Counted from the first letter of the stretch, positions 13,401 through 25,843 are shown. The stretch is 64,000 nt of DNA from Tubulanus polymorphus (GCF_964204645.1 NC_134031.1:11286088-11350087), one strand, 5' to 3'. Made by a program: numbers and translations. Notes: generated from the sequence alone by a model not told the origin.

Positions 13401-13631
13401 GATTGGCCTCAGTGCAGCGGCTTCACCAGTCGGGCTACTAGAGTCCCATACCGAACCTCTAATGATTGTGCAGGAGGCACCAGTGTCCAGGAGTACCACC
13501 GCTTTTGAACGGTCATTTACTACGGCATCACAGAAAAGGCCCGGGGCGTGGAGCCTCACTGTTCCGATGTTTGTAACTAAGCTCGTCTGGGCTGGTTCTG
13601 TTCCTGTTGTTTGAACCTTGGTGTCGCGCAA
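10466..13631 (-). pseudogene. pol: Gypsy A pol (protease, partial RT, RNase H, integrase), frameshifted and internally deleted
   Basis: VLLDTGAS/CLLGSDF (protease); YLDD and LKLKPRKC (RT); ENYCATRREML, RTDHAAL, NADALSR (RNase H); H..HLG..CKTCQ, RVHIDIVGP, YHPMANGQVE (integrase). Order PR-RT-RH-INT. Confidence 0.92.
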
Positions 13632-13740
13632 CTTGTGACAAGTGTTTTCCGTAGCCGGACTGAGAGCCTCCCTGTTCTCCGAAGGGTCACGTCGAATTTC
13701 TTCTATACTTTGGGTATGTTGTGGTGGTCTTACAGTGATG

Positions 13741-14102
13741 TGATATAGGGTTCCGTAGTGAAATTCCTAGCTCAGAGAATTGACAAGAAATGTGGTTGTT
13801 AGTTAATTCAGTTTATTGAGCCGACCGAGCTGTTGCGAGAGCTAGAACAAGAGAGTCTAGAACAAGAGAGAGAACTGGAGAATGAGTCCACGACAAGCGT
13901 ATTTATACTCTCAGATGGCCACGTCAATTGAACAATGACCATCTGGATTACTTGATGATCACGAAGGCCACGTTGGCAAAACAATGACCATCTGGATTAA
14001 TCACGAAGGCCATTTTTTACTAATGTAGAGTTTCAAATATGTGCTCAAATTTCCGGAGCATATGTTTCACTGTAAGCTATCTAGCTCATCTTCTATATAT
14101 CA
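13741..14102 (-). repeat. 3' LTR of Gypsy B (362 bp), with PPT at 14103-14117
   Basis: Direct repeat of 37656-38029 with about 5 substitutions and 2 indels. Minus-strand GGAAGGAGGGGCAAC immediately precedes TGATAT. Confidence 0.95.
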
Positions 14103-14497
14103 GTTGCCCCTCCTTCCGGTGACTCGACCTCGTGGCATAAAAAATATTATAATTCTATATGACAAATACGGCACGATTGATTAACGGCAAGTCAACACAA
14201 AACTAAGATAGTAGCATACTCATCGAACAAATACTGATAGTTAATGTTGAAGGTTGCTAGAGCCTGCGAGGAATCGAACCTCACCGCTGTAAGACTTATC
14301 GTCCCAACGGTTGCCAGATCCAGGGACATAGCCAAACAAAATATACAGGTTGCCGAAAGATGCATAACACTACATTTAAAACCTATTTCCGTTGTGTGCC
14401 ACCAATCGCTGCCATAAAAATTCATTGTAAGTAAAATGAAACTTCGTAAAATTAATACATTACTACTTACTTCAACTCTGAATACAACCTGGGCTCA

Positions 14498-14860
14498 TAA
14501 AAAATGAAAAATATGAAAATAATAACAATTTCTATTTGAATTAGTAGCGAAACTCATATAAAATGAAAAATAATTCTCGCACACTCGAATTTATTTTTCA
14601 TTTTTTTTCATTTTTTACTCACTAGCCCTTTCAACCTTTGATATGAAACAAGATATTCCCTATTACTCTTAAAATATTCATATATATGAATAAAATATAA
14701 ATGAATAACTTCTAAAATCAATTTTAATAAAAAATTTAGTATTAAAATGGAAGCAAATAAGTACTACTGTCCAACATGTAATATCAATATAGATAAATCC
14801 CAAAAAGCAAGACACAATAAAACTAAAACACATTTAGAGAATAAATTGAAACTAGAATAT
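14498..14860. repeat. Left TIR (363 bp; lacks the outer 12 bp and a 49-bp internal piece relative to the right TIR)
   Basis: Reverse complement of 31172-31583; includes the first 38 codons of pPolB. Confidence 0.92.
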
Positions 14861-17800
14861 GAAGATGATATATTAGAAACTAAATTAGATGAATTAAAGA
14901 ATGAAAAAGAAACATACAAATGTGATACATGTAATCTATCATTCAGTGATAAAAGATATTATAAAGAACATTTAAAATCTAAAAGTCATATTAGAAATAA
15001 GAATTATGATATTTTAGGTGAAGATTATTTTGATGAAGATAATGATAAGAAACAGAAGACAATTAAAAGCATAACAAATAAATTAAACAATAAAAGACCA
15101 TACATGGAAGATGTAAGAAAATATATTAATTTATTGGATAATAAAAAAGATATAGAGATAACCGAAGCATTTAAAAGTGATATTGGCCCAGCAGCTATCG
15201 AGTTTAAATTTCATAAAGGAAAAACATTAGAAGAAAATAAAAAACATTTAGAAAATATGAAAGAAATAATAAAAATAATTACTGATGTTGAATATCCTAA
15301 AATAAGTATATCAGTTAAAGTAAAGTTTATAAAATCTGAAGATAAACCAATATATAATATAAATTCTCATTTACAACATATTATATATAAACAACATATA
15401 GATGATAAATTAGATAAATGTTATAATGAAGTAAAAACTAAAATAGAAGAGAAATATTTTGAAGGTTCTGGTTTAATATTTGATGAAATAATATTTATGA
15501 CTTTACATGTTTATAACACAAAATATAATAAGTTAACTAAATCAAAACCAATTGATGAAAATAATGTATCATATTATAAAGAACCAGATATTGAAGCATC
15601 GAGTTATATTAAACTACCATTTAAAACTAATGCTGTAATAAATGTACAAAATGAAGATGATAAATGTTTTCTATGGGCTATAATAAGTTGCTTACATCCA
15701 ACAGAAGATATTACACATAGTTTTAGATTAACTCATTATAAACAATTTGAAAATAATTATAAGATAGATAAGTATCCTGTTAGAATTAAAAATATTCCAA
15801 AAATAGAAAGAGATAATAATATAAAGATAAATGTATTCGATTTAATCAAATTACCAAAAACAAAAGGTAATAATATTAAACATTATACATTAGAACCTTT
15901 ATACCTATCAAAAGATTATGATTCAAACGATGTTATAGATATACTATATTATGAGAATCATTACATGTGGATTAAAAGAATTGATTTATTTTTTAAATCA
16001 GAAAATGATTTTGATAATAAAATATATCTTTGTAGAAAATGTTTACATAGATTCAGTAATGAAAGTACATTATTAAATCATAAACAATTATGTGAAAATC
16101 ATGATTATTGTAAATTAGGTTTACCAAATGAAAAGGATAAAATATTAGAATTCAAAAAATATGATTACAAAAATAAAGTACCATTTGTAATATATGGAGA
16201 TTTTGAATCATTAAATAAAGAATTAACTGATCAAGATAGAAAAGAAATATATTATAAAAGAAAGAAATTAAATTCTAATGAAAATGATTTTTCAGATGAA
16301 CCACCAAAAACAAATACTATTAAAAAGATTCATCAATCAGCTGCTGCTTTCGGGTTACATATAAAATCTGATTATCCAGAACTAATCAAAAGTGAATATT
16401 ATGATTATAGAAATGAAAATGTTATCAATCATTTTTGTGACTTATCAATTGAATATGAAATAAGATTTAGTAAATTATTGAATACAAATATAGAAATTAT
16501 AATGACAGAAGAAGATAAAGAAGAATTTGCGTTTGCAGATAAATGTTATTATTGTGAAAAGATATTTAATTATAAAGATAAAAAAGTAAGAGACCATGAT
16601 CATTTGAACGGAAAGTTTAGAGGCGCTGCGCATGAGAATTGCAATTTGCAAGCTAAGAAAATTAATTTTGTACCAGTTATATTTCATAATCTATCAGGAT
16701 ATGATGCACATTTATTCATCAAACAGTTATGCCATAAAATAGAAGAAATTAATAATGAAATAGATAGATTAAATTCAAATAGATCAAAAGATAAAATACC
16801 AACTCATAAATTTAGAATGTTAGCTAAAACATCTGAGAATTATATATCATTCCAATTTGGGTGTTTAAGATTTATAGATTCATATAGATTTTTAAATAGT
16901 TCATTAGATAACTTATCAAAATCATTAGTTGATGATGAATTAAAAATATTAAAACAACACTATCCAAATAATGATGATTTTAAATTAATGAGATATAAAG
17001 GAGCAATTCCATATTATTTCTATAAAAATCATAATGATTTTAACATAACTGAATTATTGAAAGAACAATTCTATGATGAATTAAAAAATGAATATGTTAA
17101 AGATGAAGTCTATAACAGAACATTGAATATTTGGAATCATTTTAAAATAACAAATCATGGGCAATTAATAGATATATATTTAAAATCAGATGTATTATTA
17201 TTAACCGATATATTCGAAAGGTTTAGAGATGTTAACCTAAAATATTTTAATATTGATCCATGTCATTGTTATTCATCACCAGGATTAACATGGGATTGTG
17301 GTTTAAAATTTACAGATATAAAAATGGATTTGTTAACAAATATAGATCAATTACTATTATTTGAAAAATCTATAAGAGGAGGAGTTTCAGGTGTATTAGG
17401 TGATAGATATTTCAATGTAAATGATAACCCTGGATATAAGTTATTATATATAGATGCAAATAGTTTGTATGGTTGGGCAATGATGGAACCACAACCTTAT
17501 GGAGTATTTGAATTAACTGAAGTTTTACAGAATGAAAATAATGATAAATTTGATTGGAAGAAAAGAATTCTAGATATTGCAGATGATTCAGGTACTGGTT
17601 ACTTCTTTGTTGTAGATTTAGAATATCCTGAAGATAAAAAATTTAAATCTAGAAATCTAGCTTACTGCCCCGAACATAAAACTGTAACTCATGAAGAATT
17701 ATCAAATTACCAAAAAAGAATTAAACCCGAAAATCTTATTCATACAGAAAAGTTAATGGTAACTCAAGAAGATAAATATAATTATGTAGTACATTATAGA

Positions 17801-18787
17801 ATGTTAAAGTTTTATCTAAAACAAGGAATGGTTCTAAAAAAAGTACATAGATATATTTCATTTAGTCAATCTAAGTGGTTAGAAAAATATATAGATTTTA
17901 ACACCAAACAGAGAACTGAAGCTAAAACTGATTTCGAAAAAGATTTCTTCAAGTTAATGAACAATGCATTCTATGGTAAGACTTGTGAAAATATTAGAAA
18001 TAGAAATGATATTGAGTTAGTTAGTAATGGTAAAAGAATTAGACATTTACAATCATATCCTAAGTTCATTGGTAACAGAATATTTGATGAAAATTTAGCC
18101 GCAGTTAAAATGAGAAGAACATCAATGAAATTTAATAAACCAGTCTATGTTGGCGCTTCAGTTTTAGAAATATCAAAATTACTAATGTATGAATTTTATT
18201 ATAACATATTACAACCACTTTTTGGAGAAAAACATATAGAAATCTTATATTTTGATACCGATTCTTACATATTAAAGATAAAAACTGATAACATAACAGA
18301 TGATTTAAAAACATTAAAACATCATTTCGATTTTAGTAACTATCCTAAAGATCATGAACTGTTTAGCAATGATAATAAAAAAGTTCCAGGGAAGTTTAAG
18401 GATGAATTAGGTGGTGAAGAAATGATAGAGTTCATAGGTATTAGATCTAAAATGTATTCATATAAAACTAAAGAACATGAAGCTAAAAAGTTAAAAGGAA
18501 TAACCAAAAGTGTAGTAGAAAAGAATATTCATTTCAAAGATTACATCAATTGTATATTCAATGAAGAAGTTAGAAAACATAAGATGAGATGTTTAAGATC
18601 TGAAGATCATGAAATGTTTATTGAAGAAATTGAAAAGATAAGTCTAAACCCATTTGATGATAAAAGATATATTTTAGATGATGGAATTCATACAGTTGCT
18701 TATGGTTGTAATTTAGATGAATACTTAAAATTTAAAAGAGAAGAAACAAAAGAGAACGAGATAATGAAAAGAATTCTAACTTGTTAA
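14747..18787 (+). CDS. polB: Protein-primed family B DNA polymerase (pPolB), 1346 aa, with N-terminal C2H2 fingers and an endonuclease-VII-like insert
   Basis: ExoI VIYGDFES, ExoII FHNLSGYD, ExoIII YLKSDV; pol motifs YIDANSLYG, KLMNNAFYGK, YFDTDS, KKLKGI. CYYC..VRDHDH..GKFRGAAHENCN insert. Intact ORF. Confidence 0.97.
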   Translation: MEANKYYCPTCNINIDKSQKARHNKTKTHLENKLKLEYEDDILETKLDELKNEKETYKCDTCNLSFSDKRYYKEHLKSKSHIRNKNYDILGEDYFDEDNDKKQKTIKSITNKLNNKRPYMEDVRKYINLLDNKKDIEITEAFKSDIGPAAIEFKFHKGKTLEENKKHLENMKEIIKIITDVEYPKISISVKVKFIKSEDKPIYNINSHLQHIIYKQHIDDKLDKCYNEVKTKIEEKYFEGSGLIFDEIIFMTLHVYNTKYNKLTKSKPIDENNVSYYKEPDIEASSYIKLPFKTNAVINVQNEDDKCFLWAIISCLHPTEDITHSFRLTHYKQFENNYKIDKYPVRIKNIPKIERDNNIKINVFDLIKLPKTKGNNIKHYTLEPLYLSKDYDSNDVIDILYYENHYMWIKRIDLFFKSENDFDNKIYLCRKCLHRFSNESTLLNHKQLCENHDYCKLGLPNEKDKILEFKKYDYKNKVPFVIYGDFESLNKELTDQDRKEIYYKRKKLNSNENDFSDEPPKTNTIKKIHQSAAAFGLHIKSDYPELIKSEYYDYRNENVINHFCDLSIEYEIRFSKLLNTNIEIIMTEEDKEEFAFADKCYYCEKIFNYKDKKVRDHDHLNGKFRGAAHENCNLQAKKINFVPVIFHNLSGYDAHLFIKQLCHKIEEINNEIDRLNSNRSKDKIPTHKFRMLAKTSENYISFQFGCLRFIDSYRFLNSSLDNLSKSLVDDELKILKQHYPNNDDFKLMRYKGAIPYYFYKNHNDFNITELLKEQFYDELKNEYVKDEVYNRTLNIWNHFKITNHGQLIDIYLKSDVLLLTDIFERFRDVNLKYFNIDPCHCYSSPGLTWDCGLKFTDIKMDLLTNIDQLLLFEKSIRGGVSGVLGDRYFNVNDNPGYKLLYIDANSLYGWAMMEPQPYGVFELTEVLQNENNDKFDWKKRILDIADDSGTGYFFVVDLEYPEDKKFKSRNLAYCPEHKTVTHEELSNYQKRIKPENLIHTEKLMVTQEDKYNYVVHYRMLKFYLKQGMVLKKVHRYISFSQSKWLEKYIDFNTKQRTEAKTDFEKDFFKLMNNAFYGKTCENIRNRNDIELVSNGKRIRHLQSYPKFIGNRIFDENLAAVKMRRTSMKFNKPVYVGASVLEISKLLMYEFYYNILQPLFGEKHIEILYFDTDSYILKIKTDNITDDLKTLKHHFDFSNYPKDHELFSNDNKKVPGKFKDELGGEEMIEFIGIRSKMYSYKTKEHEAKKLKGITKSVVEKNIHFKDYINCIFNEEVRKHKMRCLRSEDHEMFIEEIEKISLNPFDDKRYILDDGIHTVAYGCNLDEYLKFKREETKENEIMKRILTC

Positions 18788-18816
18788 TCAAATTTTAATA
18801 AAAATATGTATTATAA

Positions 18817-19170
18817 ATGGAGAGTAAACAAGCAAACAGTGAGAACAACAAATTATTTCTAGATAGAATAAAAGATATAACAAATGTAAAATCTGTATAT
18901 TATAAATTCAAAAAGTTAACAGAATTAATAATCCATAAGAAATATCTAATTACAAATATTGATACAGTTACTAACAAATATGGAGATAAATTAGTTATAC
19001 ACTTAGAATATGAAGGATTAAAAGGAAATACATATAAATTCAGAACATATTTACCAGATAGATTTCATAGATTATCAAGTGAAGATCTAGAAGAATTATG
19101 TTCTGGAGATTTCAATTTCGTATACAAAGGTAAGAATGAAAAAGGGCACCATGAAATAGATTTCGAATAA
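18817..19170 (+). CDS. Small viral protein, possibly an OB-fold ssDNA-binding protein
   Basis: Intact 117-aa ORF right after pPolB with a beta-rich FKKLTEL..KKYLI..TNKYG..YLPDRF pattern; the function is inferred. Confidence 0.55.
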   Translation: MESKQANSENNKLFLDRIKDITNVKSVYYKFKKLTELIIHKKYLITNIDTVTNKYGDKLVIHLEYEGLKGNTYKFRTYLPDRFHRLSSEDLEELCSGDFNFVYKGKNEKGHHEIDFE

Positions 19171-19187
19171 GAAAATATGTAAAATAA

Positions 19188-19942
19188 ATGGTAGAATTAA
19201 AAGAATACAGAATATTTGTTGATTCTAGAAGGCTTACAAATTATAAATCTCATAATTTACTAGTACAATTAGATAGAGAATTCAAGAATTGTGTTGATTT
19301 AAAATTAGTTAATATAAGTTTATGTAATTCTTTTTATAATATATCAGATAAAACTTTTGAACATAGAGGGTTTATGATTTATATGAGAAATAAAGATAAA
19401 TGGTTTCATATATTTTTAAAACCAGGATTATATAATTTAGAATCATTAGCGCAGGAAATTAATGGAAGAGCTCGGTTGAAAATCAGGGGCACTTCTGTAT
19501 TTGAAATTAAATTTAATAAAATTGATAGTACTAATAAAATTAGAATAAAGATATCTAATGAACAACATAAATTTATGGTAAACAAACCACTGGCTAAAAT
19601 GTTAGGAATTAAACCGCTTACAGTTACTGGAAACGCAGAAGGCAGCTCAAATATAATACCTTTTACACACTTTTATATTTATTGCAATTTAATCGAGCCT
19701 ACAAAAACTTTCGAAGCAACTAAAGAAACAATTTGTAGTTCTAGTATACTAAATATTTTACCGCTAAAAATGTTAAACAATTTGGAACTCAAATAAATTA
19801 TAATTTAACAGAATGTGATTTTAAACCTTGCATTCCTAAATTTAATAATTTTAAATTAGAAATAAGAAATCATAATGGATACTTAATTGATTTAAATAAC
19901 TTTCCTGTGATATATGAATTAGTTATAAGATGTAGAGAGTAA
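19188..19942 (+). pseudogene. Minor capsid protein (penton), frameshift in the A-run near 19768
   Basis: IFVDSR, NSFYNIS, PGLYN..LAQEIN, YIYCNLI. The second frame gives ...KLEIRNHNGYLIDLNNFPVIYELVI, a typical penton C-terminus. Confidence 0.8.
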
Positions 19943-19958
19943 TTTTTTTGATATATAA

Positions 19959-20315
19959 ATGAATATAACTGTTGGACCGAGTATATGTTTTGGGTTTGAT
20001 TTTAAACATGAGAAAGAAATGGAATTTAACATTAATGATGTAATTACACATATTAAAAATATTGCATTTTCTAATGAAACAACATCTGAGTATGAAACAA
20101 CAATAGATAAAAAAACTTTAAATGTAGAAAAGATTACTAATTTAATTAGAGAATCTTCAAGATTTTATGAATTAGATGAAGATTTTATCATCGATGATAT
20201 TAAAAAAATAATAATTGAAATATATACAAATGAAACTAGTAATGAAATAAATGTTGAAATAATTATAAATAAGATAACTAAATATTTTGATGATAGTAAT
20301 TTTTTTGATAAATAA
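19959..20315 (+). CDS. Viral hypothetical protein (118 aa)
   Basis: TAAATG start; tightly packed in the gene block. Confidence 0.6.
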   Translation: MNITVGPSICFGFDFKHEKEMEFNINDVITHIKNIAFSNETTSEYETTIDKKTLNVEKITNLIRESSRFYELDEDFIIDDIKKIIIEIYTNETSNEINVEIIINKITKYFDDSNFFDK

Positions 20316-20537
20316 ATGAGTGATAATAAGTGGATAATAACTGGATTATATAATGGCGCATTACTATCAGTTGGAACTGTTGGTTATTCAATGGTATTAA
20401 AAAAAGTATTCAAAATGGGAAGTGTTAATGTTGATAGATTTGATATAAATGATATTTTAAAATTAACATTAGCAGTTACTTTATCTAATTTAACTATTGA
20501 TTATTTGGAAAAACAAAAATATATTCCTCCCATATAA
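20316..20537 (+). CDS. Small hydrophobic viral protein (73 aa), putative membrane protein
   Basis: Two hydrophobic segments (GLYNGALLSVGTVGYSMVL; ILKLTLAVTLSNLTI); TAA-ATG coupled start. Confidence 0.7.
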   Translation: MSDNKWIITGLYNGALLSVGTVGYSMVLKKVFKMGSVNVDRFDINDILKLTLAVTLSNLTIDYLEKQKYIPPI

Positions 20538-20561
20538 ATGCATAATTTTTTTGCTAAATAA

Positions 20562-20852
20562 ATGGCTTCTGCAATTATAACTATTATAGGATCGGCAATT
20601 GTTAACGCTTTAGCATTTACAGGTGGTGGTTATTTATTTAAGCATATTAATAAAAATAGTTCATTAGGAGAACAAAGAAGACATAACTTAGCGTTAGAGA
20701 AATACAATAAAGCAGCAGAAGAATATAGAGAAAAAAGACAAAACTATATGGATTATATTAACAAGGAATTATATGATCAGACGATTTCACATTGAGATTT
20801 TCAATCAGTTGATGATGCAATGAGTTTATATAACGCGGTAACCAAAATAATG
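20562..20852 (+). pseudogene. Viral protein with N-terminal hydrophobic helix and coiled coil (premature TGA at 20793-20795)
   Basis: MASAIITIIGSAIVNALAFTGGGYLF...EQRRHNLALEKY; the frame reads on past the stop (DFQSVDDAMSLYN). Confidence 0.65.
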
Positions 20853-20874
20853 AATTAGAGTGCGCTTTACCAGG

Positions 20875-21844
20875 ATCTAGATATTTTAAAGAATTAGATA
20901 ATAATATTAATTTATCAAAGTTTTATAAAATTTGTAATGAATTTAATATAGATATAAATAATTCTGATTTTAGAACAAAAATTGGAACAATAAGATCACT
21001 TCCTTGCCCTAAAAAGATTGCAGAATATTGTGCACTTCCCATACCATCTAATAGTTTTTATAATATCTATAATAATAAATTAGGTTATGTTAAAATAGAA
21101 ACAAAGGATTTAGAAACATTAAATTTCAATAAATTACCGAAATTTTATGATCATTTAAAACAAAAAAACAATAATGGTTGGGTTTATTTCATTTTAGAAA
21201 ATAGTGAAGGTTTTACTAAATCAGGTATAGAAAGAATAAATCAATCTATTAGAACTTATTTGATATGTATTCTAGGTGCACAAGTTGAAACAAGATCCCC
21301 AATAATTGGAAATTTAAATACATCATTCGATACACAGAAACAATTCAAAGTATTATTTGAAGATTCAATTCATAATGATAAAAATAGATCGATTCCAGAA
21401 AACATTGTAAGATATCAAAATTATTTAGATAAATCACATGTAAGACTAAATTATTGTATAGGCCCTAATCTATTAATTATTTCTAATGATTTAGTACTCA
21501 AGATGGGAAACATAATTGGTTATAATAATCTAATTAAAACTGCAACAATAAATAATTCATTTGGATTAAATGATATAAATAAAAAGATTATCACTGCTCC
21601 AAAATTAATGGAAGGTGAAAAAAATAAAAAACACATTCAATCAACTGAAACTAAAACTAATAATATTAAATTAAATAATGATTCTAAAATAAAAGATTAC
21701 AATACATCAGAAAATATAAAAACTGATACTATTCAACATGAAATAATTAAAACTAATGATGATAATAAATCCCATGAAAATACTAAATTAGCTATAACTT
21801 GTATAGGAATTGTAATCGGAGGAATATTATATTTTAAATTTTAA
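20875..21844 (+). pseudogene. Viral protein with C-terminal TM anchor (start apparently deleted)
   Basis: The frame is open well upstream of 21260 (...SEGFTKSGIERINQSIRTYLICILGAQ...) and ends LAITCIGIVIGGILYFKF. Confidence 0.65.
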
Positions 21845-21861
21845 TTTTTTTTATTATGTAA

Positions 21862-23547
21862 ATGGCAGAAGGTGGGGAAGATATTCCATTGGATCCTTTT
21901 GGTGACACCCCCGGTATAAGTGATGAACCACTTCCTGATTTTAGTGAAACAAGTTTTAATGATGGTAATGAGCCAGGATATAATAATAATTTAAATATAC
22001 CCGATTATGATGATGATGGTGTTGATTATGATTATGAAACGCGTAAAGAATATAAAGAATATATGACAGCTACCGAAAGGTTAGTTATTAGAACCGCAAC
22101 ATCTAGAAAGGATTTAATGAAAAGATTAGTAAATACAACTGATCCTCTTATGAAATATCAATTAAAATCAATGAAAAATAGAGTAATATATACAATTGTC
22201 AACGTATTATTACCAAAAGATGTAATAGATGAAATTGGTTCAGAAGGTGTTGTAGAACAAATTTTAAAAGATGACCCATTTTTCATGAATAATTTAGAAT
22301 TTAAAAATGATGCATGGTATTATAATGTTGAATTAAATAACAAAAATGTATCAATTCAATTATCTAGAATGGCTCAAGAAAATATTTTTGAACCTGGAAT
22401 GCGAGCAAGATCTACAATTGAAGGTTCAAAAGGCGGTAGAGAATTTCTCAGAATTATATGGAATGCAATCGATAGAATAAATAAAGAAAAACCAATTCCT
22501 AAAATTGATATTAACAAATATTCACCATTTAAAAATCCAAATTTAAATCCTACTGATGTTGATCCAGAAATGGAAGAATATGGAGATCGATCAGATAGAT
22601 TAAGATCTTCAACACCAGAAACATCGAGAAGAGACACTCAACCAATTGATAATGATTCAAGTCAATGAATTAACATTAGAAAAACAAATTGATAGATTAA
22701 GAGATTCAGAAGAAGAGATAAATAGTATTTTAGATACGCCCGGTACTGAAACTGGAATAAATCGAATACAATCTTTACTAGAAAAAGGACTTCTTAAATT
22801 AACTGATGAAGAATTAGAAGCATTTCCTGAACAAACACGTAGAGAAATTAAAGGTATACAAGAATCAGCCGATGTAAATGCTAATATTAATATGAGATTT
22901 TCTAAAATAACCATGTTAGAAAAAGAATTAGCTATTGCAAATGAAAAATTAGAACAATTAGAATTAAATAGAGATGAACCTGATTATGAAAGCAGAAAGT
23001 TAGCTTTGGAAAAAGAAATAGATGATTTAAAATATAACATAAAATTACAAAAAGAAGAAAGAGACATATTATTGAAATCATATGATCTTAATCATATTAA
23101 AAAATTAAAAGTTATTTTTATAGATTTAATAATAAAATCAGATTCTAAACTATCATTGAAAGATAGAATAAGATTATTATTTAAGTTAGAAGGAATAACA
23201 ATTCTTTCAATTCTAACAGCTGTATCTATGTTATTTACAACAATTGGTTTAGCTATATCAAATTCATTAAAATCTACACCTACTCCTAAAAACCAGATAA
23301 ACCCCCAGATAATAATTCAATACAAGATAAAGTTAAAGATGGTTTAAAGAAATTAGCAAAATATTTATGGGAACTATCAAAAAAATCTGCTGCAGCATTG
23401 CCAGGAGTTATTGCATCAATTGTTGGTTTTATATTGAAATCTGCAGGAAACATTATTAACTTTGCTGCTGAACATATTATTTTATTTTTAATTACAGTTG
23501 TAAGTGCAATTATTTTTGGGCTAGTAAACATGATTAAAAATAAATAA
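21862..23547 (+). pseudogene. Large viral protein (~560 aa): acidic N-terminus, coiled coil, multi-helix hydrophobic C-terminus; two frameshifts (~22660, ~23290)
   Basis: Three overlapping frames join. C-terminus: GITILSILTAVSMLFTTIGLAI...AAALPGVIASIVGFILKSAG..HIILFLITVVSAIIFGLV. Confidence 0.7.
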
Positions 23548-23567
23548 TTAATTTTTTTGTTAAATAA

Positions 23568-24797
23568 ATGAGTGGGAGTTATATCAATCATTCTAAGAAT
23601 CATAGAATATATAATGCTATTAAAGCAGAAAGATCACATCATATAATTACTCATAACCCTTCTAATATTAATCCCGATGAAACTTTATATGTTAGAATTC
23701 CTCGATTAACACAAAATACTTTTTATGTTCCAAATAGTATTTATTTATCTGCCGATATAAAAGTAATCGGTAATAATAATAATTATGTTGTTGATAATGT
23801 TGGAAGAAATTTGATTAAAAAATTAACTATAAAGATTGGTCCAGAAACAGTTTTCTCATTAGATGATTATAATTTATTTATGCATTATAAAGATTTATGG
23901 TTAACTAAAGAAAATAGAAATAATATGATATTTCAAGGAATCCAATCAGAAAACCAAAATAAATAAAGATCAGAAGCTAATAGCGCAATATTAACTAATG
24001 CTGTAGATAAATTGATAAAAAGTATATATGGAAGCAAATATAAAATTCCATTAGACTTTGAATTGATAAATAACAATGCGCCTTTATATAAATATGCAAT
24101 TCAAGAAGACGTTATATTCGAAATAACATTTGCTCCTGAAAATGAAATAATAAAGATATGAGTTATAAATTATCGAATATATGTTTAGAATATGATACAG
24201 TAACTGATGAAAATATTTCAAGTATAATTCAAACTAAATACAATCAAGGATTTTCATTATTATATGATTATATTGATAAATTTAAAACTGTAACTATTAA
24301 TGCAAATGATGAAATTATTAATGAGAATATTAACTTCCCAAGAAGATCTATTAAAGGTATATTAATATTTTTTACCATTGCAACATATACTAATGGCGCA
24401 ATAAATGTTGATAATTATTATAATCCTGAAATAACAAAAGTAGAAATAACTATCGAAGGAATAGCAAATAAAATATTTTGTCAAGGAATGAGAATGATAG
24501 ATCAATGGCCAGAAATTAGAAAACATTTTATGAATGAAAAAGTAAAATCATCTGAAAATTGTAATATTAATCAAATTGATTATTATACCGGTAATAAATA
24601 TGCATTATGGTTAGATTTTAGAACAACAGAGGATAATTCATTACATGGTTCTGGAAAAAAATTACAAAACACTAAAGATGGAATACAATTATTCATGACA
24701 AAGAATAAAGGAATCAAAAATTTTAAAATGCACATTTATATTATATCTGACGCACAATTAAATTGTAAATTCACAATTAGATAGTGTTATGTATTAA
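23568..24797 (+). pseudogene. Major capsid protein (double jelly-roll type, inferred), with a nonsense codon at 23964 and frameshifts near 24150 and 24762
   Basis: ~400 beta-rich codons: ITHNPSNINPDETLYVRIP, VVDNVGRNLIKKL, YKIPLDF, YKLSNICLEYD, YALWLDFR. Size and context fit a Polinton-type MCP. Confidence 0.75.
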
Positions 24798-24829
24798 AAT
24801 TTTAACTTTATTAAAAATTTATATAATAA

Positions 24830-25689
24830 ATGGAAGGAGGAAAAGTATATAAACATATTCCATACATCGATACACATGAAAATAATGATGGTTTATATTA
24901 TGTAATACCTTGTAATATAGCTTTGATATTTGATCCTATTTTCAAAATTTATAATTGATAATAATAGTAATTGATAATAATGTAATACCTTCTACATCTA
25001 ATAATGTAATACCTTCTACATCTAATAATGTAATACCTACTACATCTAATAATGTAATACCTACTACATCTAATAATGTAATACCTACTACATCTAATAA
25101 TGTAATACCTTCTACATATAATAATGCAATAATATTAAATGTTAGTAAAAATAGAAATTATTGTGATTATTGTAAAGGTGAATTTTCAAACGCTCCATCA
25201 AATTGGAATAAACATATGAATACAAATTCATATATTACTAATGTTATAGAACGTGTTGGTTTAAAAGAATTTATAGAACACCCATTTAGATATGTTACAA
25301 AATTTGTTTCAAATAAAAAAGTAAATGGTAAACAATTATATGAAGATTTTTTATTAGCAACACCTGATAAAAATGAATTATATTTAACTGATGCTAATGA
25401 AATATTAGGATCAAACACTGTAAATGAAATATTAGGAGCAAACACTAATAATGATTCTATGAAACATAAAGTAGAAAATAATGATAAATTTGATTGGATG
25501 AATAAGAATAACAATGAAACAACTATTGATGATTCGGTAAAAAAGGTGAAAAATAAGTATAAAAATAATAAAGAATTTGAAGAAGAAAATTCGGTAGAGA
25601 ATTTGAAAAAATTGATGGGGTATGATAGTGAATTGGAGAGTGATGATGAAAGTGATTCAGAAAGTAATTATCTAACACTCAAAAAGTAA
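24830..25689 (+). pseudogene. Viral protein with NNVIP(S/T)TS repeats, a degenerate zinc finger and an acidic tail (frameshift near 24950)
   Basis: TAAATG start at 24830; YCDYC...WNKH motif. Confidence 0.55.
24975..25131. repeat. 24-bp coding tandem repeat, 6 copies plus a partial one
   Basis: TAATAATGTAATACCT(T/A)CTACATC. Confidence 0.95.
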
Positions 25690-25843
25690 TAAAGGTTGAA
25701 AATTGTATAAAATAATAGTAAATAAAAAAGGGGGTTTTAAGTATTTAAGGTATCTAATAGGGTATCAGGTATTAGGGTATCTAATAGGGTATCTAATACA
25801 TAGGTAACTAATAGGGGTATCTAATACATAGATATATAAATAG

